A stretch of DNA of 61,993 nt, filler included, from Sluysia triapertura (taxonomy: Eukaryota), in NCBI GenBank assembly GCA_046118255.1. It is 5 parts of 5 records of this genome, joined end to end, with 100 filler letters (N's around TTAATTAATTAA, not from the genome) between each part and the next. Parts side by side here need not be neighbours in the genome. Positions count along the whole stretch, not along the records: positions 50,697 to 61,993 come from JBJNIA010186256.1; 4 more parts are not named here. One strand, given 5' to 3'. The position numbers were made by a program, and so were the translations under genes. Under the pieces are notes generated by a model, which was not told where the DNA came from, made no database searches, and saw only the letters and a program-made list of their open reading frames with translations. This document shows, piece after piece, positions 51,691 to 61,993 of the stretch. Within the stretch, counting starts at the first letter, position 1, and the number at the start of each line of letters is the position of its first letter.

Positions 51691-54099
51691 CTGAAAGTGA
51701 ATATTAACAGATACTAACAGACACTAATTAGCAAGGAGATATAAATAATACATAGTGAAATTATATTACCAAAGCTGTAATATGTACTGTAATTAATTAA
51801 TGTAGAGAGAAAATTTGACTCTAGATTATCATAAATTATTATCAAATTAAATTAGTTAGAAAATACAATATTGATTAAAGGGAAGATGATTATACAGTAG
51901 ATCTTATGGAATGAAAATTAAATAGTTATTGGTTATAAGTCGCATGGACAGAGAAAAAATAAACATAAACATCGAAAATCTGAATAAAGTTTTATTAGTT
52001 ATTTTCAGAATTAATTGTAGATATCATATATATGATCAAACACAAAAATATTAGGCATTGGAATAAGGAATTTTTAAGTATGTGCCATTTTATCACGGAA
52101 GAAGAATTGAATTAGTAAGGATACCGTTTTTAATTATACAGTAGAAAAATCTTACTTAAATTAATTTAAAATTTTTAACATTTAAAAACATCAATAATAA
52201 ACGAGTCCAAAATAAATACCGAAACAACAATTATAGACTACATCAACCTCCACTAACTATTCTTATTGCTACTTACGACTTAGCCCTTAAGTGTTTAAGT
52301 CTAAGATTGTAGGGGACTCGAATCATGTTTCGTATTATATTAATTTACCAAAACTTTGCAAATGGATATTTCAAAATAAATTATTTTATTTATTGGAACA
52401 TTTCCAAAGATTATATAAAAGAAATTATAAAATTAATAAAGTAAAATATAGCCGAATGGAACGCTTACAATTTTCTATTCAGACCTATTGCTACAAAGTG
52501 TACCCTAGGACTAATTCCATCAAATTCCAAATCATTTATATGGTTTCATAAGTTTATTTTGAATAAGAATTTTGTGAAAAGAATAAAATACGCGAAAAAT
52601 CTTTAGTAATATTTAGCTATCTTAACACTATTGTTACAAAACCATTTTTAAAATCATCCTCAGTCTAAAGCGAAAAAATTCTTATTACAATTAATTTTTA
52701 GGAATATAAAATCTTACTTAAACTTATTTGAATTTGAGCTATTTTTATATAATAGCTACAAAATCACTACCTAAAATCTTATTTCATTAAAATTAACTCA
52801 CATTGGAATAGCTTATTTGATAATTTTTTTATTGTTTTTACTGACATTATTGATATTTTTAATTGTTCAAATAGACATTTTGATCTCAAAATTTAGTGAC
52901 ACTAGTCCTTTGCTCATTATTACTTTATATAGTTTGAGTTTAATAACATAATTGTTATTTTAACAGACATTTTATTATTAAATACTGTTGTTATTCGTGA
53001 TAATTAACAAATTTGTCATTGCAGTGAATATATATTCCAAGATATTGTGTTAGTTACTAATTAACATGACGAATAAATTATTATTCCTTATAGAATCATA
53101 TATAACTTAAATTGAGACCATATTTGCTAACTTAATAAAAATCCTACAAGTACGCCTTTCGTAAGAATATAAGATGTAAACTGTAAGCGGATACTTAACA
53201 CCAATAAGAATATTTATCAAGATAAAGTCAAATTTCCCTATCCACTATTTAATTACAGTACATATTATTATCATTGTAATAATATATTTTCATTATAGTT
53301 CCTGTAACTCTAACTATGTACTTTATTCAATTATGTCATTCTTGCCAGTTTGGTATTTGTTTGTATTTGTTGGCGTTCACCTGTTACTGGATTTTTATTA
53401 TATAATTGGTATCTGTGTTTGATCCGTGATCTTATACAAACAAAAAAATAGAAAAATCATAGAAAACTATGATACGATTTGTACTCGAGTAGTTGAAAAA
53501 AAATAAAAAATAAAATTTATTCAAAACCTTCAAATACTGAATTTTCGAAATCCAACTCACAAATATTGAGGAGTCTTAAAAACTTCAACATTAGTGGAGC
53601 TTATGTACAAGATTTTAGAGTAAGTTTTCAGCGAAACGTAAATATTAAAATAGTTATAATAACATCACAATATTAAAGCTGAAAGTAATAAATTAAACTT
53701 TGAATGTTAGTATCAATATTAAAATTAGTTATTTACTTATTTAAATCGTAATTACGCTCTGCCGAAAGCAACACTATTCAAACATTATTAAACAAAAAAA
53801 TGTTTGTATTATAAATAACACAACAAAACAATTAATATAAAAACAAATTTAAATTGTTAACTAAATATTAATAATCTTCTATCTTTATTCAAACAAACTT
53901 GCTATTTATTAAGAACACATATTAAGCGAAATGATAGTGAAATAAAAAAGCTATTTCTAACAATATTTAAGAGAATAATATGCACAATAAAGGTAAAATG
54001 AAAGGTGAATATCTGTAGAAATATTATTTATGTGTATGTGTGTATTTACAACTTTTGTAAAACCATATATGTGCAATGAAAATATCAATATTTTAAGTC

Positions 54100-54290
54100 T
54101 CCTTTTTCTCTGACTACAGATTCCTAACTAGGCACCATGACTGATGTTGCATCGTGAATACGATGAACTAGTTTTTATCTGGTTATTGAAATTCGTTTGA
54201 CATTTTGCCTGATGAATGGATCTTTGATTAATCGATGTTGTTGCTTTCATTGCTTTGTATTGAAGATGACAATTCCATTTTGAAAAGAAA
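54100..54290 (-). mobile_element. Possible Tc1/mariner transposase remnant
   Basis: KLVHRIHDATSVMVP...REKG resembles the DDE-domain motif V...QHP.SVMVW..I...GK. Confidence 0.3.
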
Positions 54291-55047
54291 GTCGGTATAA
54301 CTTATGCAAAAAAAAGATTAAAAATTTTATGTTTTGTTATTTCACAACTGTTAAGCATAGAGGAAATAAAGTTGATATAGAATTGAACAAATGCAATCTT
54401 TAGTATATAACATACATGAAATGTTAGATATATATAACATTCGTCTATTTTGATCATTAATTTAAATATTAGGTATATCTAACATCCGTACACTAAATGT
54501 AACATAAAACATTATTGAAGAAGAATAAAGATGAAATTACCTAGAATTATTTTAATACTTTAAGTATTAAAGAATATTTTAGAGGTTTCAAAAATCTTTA
54601 TAACTATGCCATTTCTCTGAGGAATGTTAAGAATATCCTTAAAATTTGGCATTTTCGAGTACTTTTGAACTTGTGAACCTTTAAAAATTTCGGAATGTTT
54701 CGTACTTTAGTAAGTGTTTAAGATCATTAAATAACATTGTAGAATATCTAAAATCTTTAAAATACTTGTGAAATAGTATTCATTTTTTGGATGACAAAGA
54801 AATGTCTTAATAACTTTATCTCAGGATTCTTAAGATTTATGGAAAATTATATTCGGGTTATGTTGCTGTATTCGAATGACCTACAATAAAATCATCTGTC
54901 ATGTCTGACTCTAAAATTAAATTAATAAAAAAAATGAAAATTATAAAGTTAGTAATTTATTAATAGAATTAATAATTAAAATTGAAAAGTAATAATAATA
55001 AAAATAATTATAAAAATTAATAAAACTATTTAATAATACGATTATCG

Positions 55048-55126
<79 letters not shown>
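55048..55126. repeat. (AAT)n microsatellite
   Basis: Longest perfect run in the window. It produces the poly-L and poly-I ORFs in the track. Confidence 0.97.
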
Positions 55127-55128
<2 letters not shown>

Positions 55129-57993
55129 CGTGCACGACAGAAAAGCTCGTAATTAGACATTCCCATTTTTAAAAAGCATATTAAAAAATTTGTAAAAACT
55201 TTGAAATATGTTTTAAAGTACAAAATTGATAAATGTACATTTATTAATTAACTTAATGAGATAAATAAAAAACCTTTTGTATGATAATGTTACATTAATG
55301 TATTATTTTTTGAAAACTCTATATTAATTAAATAACCTAATCATCCATGAAAATAATGGATTAACAAAAGAAATCATAATTTTAATTAATTCTAAATGAT
55401 TTTAAAAAGAATTATTTATGATAGATTAATTGAATAAACTAGAAGCATATAGATGAAATTCATAATTCAACATTTATTGGTGATATTTAATAATTATATG
55501 TGATTAATAATTTTTAATTTTGTTATATTTGATAATATAATTTCGGTTAAATCTTATTTTGATTTTGCGCTTTTGTTGCATCTTAAATCTTTAATCTAAT
55601 TTAAATTATTTTTAAATTCAAAATTTTATAAATTAGAATAAACTTCGAACTTAATTATATTTAGTAACTACAGATATTACAATTATAATAAGAAAATCCA
55701 AATAATCTTGAAATTAACAATAAATCAAATATGCGGAACAGCCAAAATATTATAAATTGATATTAGATAATTAACAACTAAATTTATGATAATGTTAGCA
55801 ATACAAAGGTCAATATAATCAATGAACCAAGAATTTCTTCAAGTAATTGAAAATTTTCCAAAAAAATGCAACTTGACAGGAAATTTTTAAAAATTATTCA
55901 AATTAAAATAACTGGGAGATTCTCCAATATACTGAAAATATTCCAAAATATTCAAAATTCCAAAAATATTATAAGCCCAAAAACACTTACGGGTAAAAAT
56001 TAAATTAACTTAATTAAAATAAATTAAATTCCCAAAAATAGCTGAAAATACTCTAAATTAAAAAGGGATTACCCCAAAACACATAAAATTATCATAAATT
56101 AAAAAATATAATTTAAAATTTCTTTGAAATTGATTTTCTCTAACACATTAATACAAATCATTAAACCTCCTTTGAGGTTTAAACCAACAATAATGACTTT
56201 GACAATTACATGACACGGCTTGTCTAACAGAAAAATACAAATAAATGATTAATGATCAACCATTATTTTCATTTACTCTACTAGATCTTCTTTTACTTTA
56301 ATTACTTCTCACATTAAATTAATAATAATCAGTATTGTTAGCATACATAAAAATATAATGAATTTAATTTTTGTTTTGAGAATTCAATTAATTTTCTAGT
56401 GGAACAATGTTTAAGGTTCTTGTTATCAAACAAATCACTCTACAAAGATTACAAACTTACTTCCAATTCTTCTCTTAACAGCAATCATCTCATATTCAAT
56501 TAATTATCTGTTCATCATTCTAAGTATAAAAAATTCAACATTCCATAATTAAGAATTAATTAAAATTTGACTTTTCATGAACTCGGTCAAACCATACCTT
56601 TATCGAAAGGTTTTTTTAAAACAATTACATACACTGTTTCAATTTTGGCAAAACATTCTACATTCAAACTTTTTCTTTAATTAATCTACTTTTAGACTTA
56701 TCTTATTTTATGTTAAAAGTTCTATTAAAGTTCTGAAGTTAATTAGTATTTTATAAAACACCGATGGTTTCTAGATGCTTTCATCTTCAGTACTCTGATT
56801 CCTTTTTCTAGTTCTTTATATTAATCATCAATGTTTCAAATTTATCTTCATTATTCGTAATAATAACTCTATTTCTCGAACGTTTTAAAGATTTTAAATA
56901 CTTTTTTAAATTGCCCAAAGATCTCAAACACCTATCAAGACTACTTAAGGATCAAGGTACAAAGGTACCAAATGCCTCTAATCGCTTATCAAACTCATTT
57001 CAAACTTCCGTAAAATCTCAACACCTTATAATGGTCCTTTGAAATCCAAGGTATTCTTCAACATTACTATAGATATTTTCATCTTCATCAATCTTATTCC
57101 AACAATGATTATAATGTTTTATCCATCACTTATGTCACTTCTTCTTACATATTTTTTGTTCTACATTCAGAACCTCGATAAAACATAAAGTAGGATAAAT
57201 TCTAAAAGTTTATTAATTAATTAAAGTCGTTATTAATATAATTAAAGAAAAATATGAATGTGCATAAGTTCATTGAATTCATCCACCGAAGATCTTGGTA
57301 CTGAGAAAAAAATTGTAATTAATTCTAAAAACTAAAACATTGAATTCTTCATGTTTGTAAGAAGAGTGAATCAAATATGAGATGATGGTATGACTGAGAG
57401 TATTTTGAAAAGGGCTTGAGGTGTTTGAATCTTAAAATTGGTCATAAATAAATGAATAACGAATGGATTCTGATCACTCAGGTTAAAATCATTATTTGTT
57501 GAAAACCAAAACTGATGATAGTGATTGTTATTTTAATTTGAGAAGTTATTCGGATAGAAAATGATCCAGAGGAGCGAGTAAAAGTAATACATGTTAATTA
57601 ATCAAAGTTTTTAGAGACGAATAGTTCTGCGTAATTGTTCGAACTGTTGTAGTAGCTCAGATATTCAGGTAATTTGTGATTGGAGGAAGGGTTGTAAAAA
57701 TTTAATTCAGTTAATGATTATAATATAATATAATTATTAAATTACGTTTGGATAAACATTAATAAATAAAATTTATTCTTATTTTTATTAATAAAATAGA
57801 ACCAGCATAATCATTTATTAATTGTTTTCAGAAATTTTATTACTTTGTTGTTTGTTAAGGTCAGTAAAGAAATTAATATAAAATCCTAATATTTACACTG
57901 TAAATATTCATTTTCTGTGCATTTCAAAAAATTCAATTTTCTAGAATATTTGATTGGATATTGAGAAATGAGAACTTTATAATTTTCATTTAA

Positions 57994-58402
57994 CCCTTAA
58001 ATGTCCATGTGGGATCTCTTAAGAATCCCAGACATACAATTTTCGCAATAACGTGTTTATTTGTACATTTCGACACAATTACCATTAGCTATTTGCAATA
58101 ACATGCTTAAGCACTTTAACATTTGTCATCAACCTACAACCTGGAAGATGTTATCAGTGTTCAGAAAAATATGATAAAAAGGTGAACGCAATATGCAGCA
58201 AGTGTAAAAGTTTGTATGTGAATTGTATAGAAAATTGAAGCAAATTGTCACATGAATCATATATGAAAATTTAATTACCAAATCATAATAAAAATGTTTA
58301 AAACATTTCGTTTTTATTTCAAATAAATTCATTTTTATTTGAAAATATATTCATATTTATCAATAAACTAATTAAATTAAGCGGGATCGTGACATTTAAG
58401 GG
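57994..58402. mobile_element. piggyBac-like non-autonomous element (MITE)
   Basis: TTAA|CCCTTAAATGTC ... GACATTTAAGGG|TTTAA: perfect 12-bp TIRs. Imperfect subterminal palindrome tgggatctcttaagaatccca. Confidence 0.75.
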
Positions 58403-60644
58403 TTTAATACGTGAAATTATCCAAGATAATGAATGTAATACTAAACAATATATTAAACATAATTATGTAAAGTTTGTGTTACTTAAATTTAAGTGACTGT
58501 GTTAAGCCAACACCTTAAGCTTTCATTAATTTTAATTGATAAGCTTCAAACATCCGATAATCTATCTAAAATGTTAGTTTTAATTTGAATATTCACATGA
58601 AACTTAACAAACTTTCTAAAATCCTAATTGTACTACTATTTTTGTTGTCATTATTATAATTACTGTCACTAATACATAAAAATAACAAAATAAACATTTC
58701 ATATTAGCTTTTTACGTATTGTCACTGATGGAAAATTTGAAAAAAAATTGAAAACACAGTTATCGCGAAAAATATTTTGGAAGTCGAGAGATAAAATATT
58801 ATTTAAATATGACAATATTTTATATGATTCATATATTAAAATGATTTACATGAATAATCAACCTTATATTACATGTTCTTTCTATTTTTAATAAATAACA
58901 CTTTGTAACATTTTCTCTAATTTTTGTAACTTCTAAAAGAGTAAAATACATCTACATTATTTTTTGATTATATGTATTTCCAGTTTATTCGATTATTTTA
59001 TTTTTAATTAATTTTTTATTATTTTTATTAATTTTAGATCCATACTTTGCTTAGTTAAAGTACGAAGATAAATATATAACATCATGAAAAATGTTCAATT
59101 TATTTATGAATCATCAAGATTGAAGTATGTTTATAGATTATCAAATTCTCAAATTCCACATTAAATGTTACCTAAATTTTAAAGTTCATTCTATTACGTG
59201 TGAACAAATATATAAAACAAATTTATGTAAAATATAGTTACTCCACATAGATAATTATTTCTTTTTAAAAATTTCATATATTATGTAAAATAAAACTTAT
59301 ATTTATTTACTTTTTGACACATTCCCAAAAAAAATCATCAAAATAATTTAAAAGTACCGAAAATTAATATAACTGATTGTTAAAAATTAAAAAAGATATT
59401 TCAGTACTCCTTGAGTTTTTAATAACGTCTGGTCTCAATTATTTCTTTAACGAGCAGTCTCAATTTTGGATAATTTTGTTGTCTCAGCTATTTAAACAAT
59501 ATTTTAAATAATATTTAAACATGCTTAATATTATTTTTAATGTATAATTCAATATAGACAATTTTCATCATATGACAAATTTCATTCTATAGTAAATTAT
59601 ATATAATTGATCTGAAACTAAGTATTTTTATAATTATGTGACGAATTTCTTCCACATAATAGGTGTTTAGCATTATTATTTTGAACAAATAATTTATGTG
59701 TACTTGTCTTGTGTTAGTATTCATGTGTTAGTAATTACTTTTCCGTGCAATCCACAAGTATTCTGATGTGCCAATTTAGTGTGGAGGATTTCTCATTACT
59801 TTTTCTACAATTTGCTTTTAGTTTCTTGTACTTATCTTATCGTTTAAAGCTAGTGCTAAGCATAAAAATATATATTTTAAAAAGTTTCTGAAACGTTTAA
59901 ATATATTTATGATATTTACAGTATCTTGCACTTCAAAAAAATTTATGATGTGTCTCAATTATAACGAAACTAAAACCACAAGAGTTACAAATCTAAATGA
60001 TTAAGCACTGTTTTTCTTTGTATAAGAAAACCATATAAAAAATCGATCAGTTTCGGTAAAATTATAAAAACTATCTGTTTTAACTGTTGGATTCTGAATC
60101 GAATCAAATGGAATACAATAAATAACTTTTTTGATCATCACAGATATTTCTTTCATGTTTTTTATCCTTTTATATATTCACAACATTTAATTGAATCTTA
60201 CTCACAATTTCATTCATTTATGAAGATCTTCTTCATTCTTCATTTTTTAATTATTTAACAAATTATATTTAGTTACACAACTTTTAAAACAAAAGTTATC
60301 GTGTACATTATTTAATTTAGATTCAGATAGAATGTATAATAAATTTGTATCTCGCTCTAATTTATTCGTCTAATTATGATCTTATTTCGAATCTTGTTAG
60401 ATTATGTTAAACTGAATTTTTTACTTCCACAAAAATAAATGATAGATACTACTGTCTTTAGAATTATATTTTTCATGATTGTCTAAAAGCCTTAAATATT
60501 TTATAAAAGTTTTCGTTTCTATCCGCATTAATTGTGCGATTATTTTCAAATATTACACAGACATTGTTGTAAATAATAATTCTGAATTCTAAAGTAATAA
60601 TTCTTAAAAAAATGAAATTCGAATAATTCAAATTTTAAACAAAC

Positions 60645-61036
60645 CTTACCGCACCTAGTAAAGTACCGAAAGTTAACCACCAGACGATATTATAATCAGC
60701 AGCTAATTTCATCCAATCTTTAAACATATGAAACAATAGTTTACGACTTTTTCGAGGTAAACAATCAACAGATGTTGAAGTATCATAATACTTATTTAAT
60801 TTAACATTTTTATTAACATCCCACAATTGTTTCGGTGATAAATCATATTTAATATATTTTATTGTTCTATTTAATATATCATAACCAAGATTGATAAATT
60901 TTTTATCAGTACTATCATATTCGGGTAAATCTTTGATTGATTTCAAGAATAATCTGCTTTTTATTTCGTATAAACAATACACAAATAGTAAAATAAATGT
61001 AATACTAGCAAATATTATTTTATACGACAAATTCAT
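60645..61036 (-). CDS. LicD/fukutin-family nucleotidyltransferase-fold protein, first coding exon (type II membrane protein)
   Basis: N-terminal TM (IIFASITFILLFVYCLY), a stem, then LFHMFKDWMKLAADYNIVWWLTFGTLLGAVR, the LicD signature W(W/L)..GTLLGAVR, ending at a splice donor. The DxD-containing exon was not found. Confidence 0.85.
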
Positions 61037-61993
61037 AATTAAGTTTGTGCTAATGTTAAAACTGAAAATTAACCAACCAATTACATGTTGAAAATTATAT
61101 ACTAAAAATATGGGTCAATTTTTCACTAATTTTTAAAGTTCAGAATTTTAAAATTAATACTAAATAACGATTTAGTTAACTAAATATTTTTATTTTTATT
61201 TGTAAATATGTACCGGTACGTTGTATTTTAAATTAATGTGTTGAGGTACCAGTTAAAAATCAATTTATTAAATTGAAAATATTTGTAATTATTTTAATTT
61301 ATAAAATTCGTAATTATTTTAATACCACTATGAAGTAATGGGTATCAAGATCAAATATAAAAAGATCTTGTGGAAGTTATAATAACTACTTTACCAAATA
61401 TCGTGCCTAATTTTTATATCGAGTGTCGTGTCGAATACTATATTGTACGAAAATTTTGTGACTAAATATTGTAATAGTCACTTTCGATTAATCTCTAAAG
61501 AATTAGTTTCATTCTTTGTCTATCATATATTGCCAGATTAAGTGACATAAGATTTATTGTTCTGATTAAATAGTCATAAAAATATATTCTAATTACCATG
61601 AAATTATTGTAAAATAAATCCAGCAATATGTTTACCCTGAGAGTTTACAGCTTATGTGCCTATATTACTCCATGTGTTAGGGTGTCATCATAACCCCTAA
61701 TATATTGAAAATTTTACGAAAGAAAGCCATTTAATAAAAAGACAAATGATTTTCTATAAAAGAAACTCAATTTCTAAAAAAGAAATCGAAAATTCTGGAA
61801 TTTTCAAGAAATACTTTTGATATTGATTGGCTGATGATTAGTATATATACTTTCATCAGAAACATTTAGAAGCACAATTTATATTCAGTTTCATCTGTTC
61901 GTTTTTTACTTCTAAAAGAACAATTATAAAAATTCTTAAAATGGGTTCGCCTACGATAAACGTTTTATCTTATATGAAAGGACGTTTTCGTAG

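Noticed and set aside
54941-55223. Poly-Leu/poly-Ile/poly-Asn ORFs (also 15596-15836, 22672-22890, 12434-12646, 3311-3505)
   Set aside because: Translations of (ATT)n microsatellites and their AT-rich flanks.

Overview
Very AT-rich (roughly three-quarters AT by eye), gene-poor animal DNA from a draft assembly. The host is flatworm-like by composition and intron sizes but is not identified. The window is five separate contigs (1-13321, 13422-25768, 25869-36971, 37072-50596, 50697-61993) joined by artificial 100-bp linkers (44 N + TTAATTAATTAA + 44 N), so adjacency across linkers means nothing. Recognisable host genes: three spliced exons of BIRC6/BRUCE (UBC domain), the first two exons of a divergent alpha-tubulin, and the first exon of a LicD/fukutin-family type II membrane protein. 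Pseudogenes: GDP-L-fucose synthase, UFL1 and a VAMP7-like longin. The rest is decayed transposon material (L2/CR1 LINE, Gypsy gag, piggyBac-like and other MITEs, hAT and Tc1 scraps, Helitron-like ends) and (ATT)n microsatellites. The most interesting signal is a dispersed multi-module unit seen in four of the five contigs, always in the same order and on one strand: a C-rich, strand-skewed decayed ORF (often with a WWPT motif), then an (ATT)n tract, then palindromes containing TGACA/CCAAT, then an unrecognised ORF family with YSPIF ... DGxCxxYGxxCxYxH ... SxRI motifs. One likely member (16056-17249, 397 aa) is still fully open. All homology calls are by eye from motifs; no database search was run.
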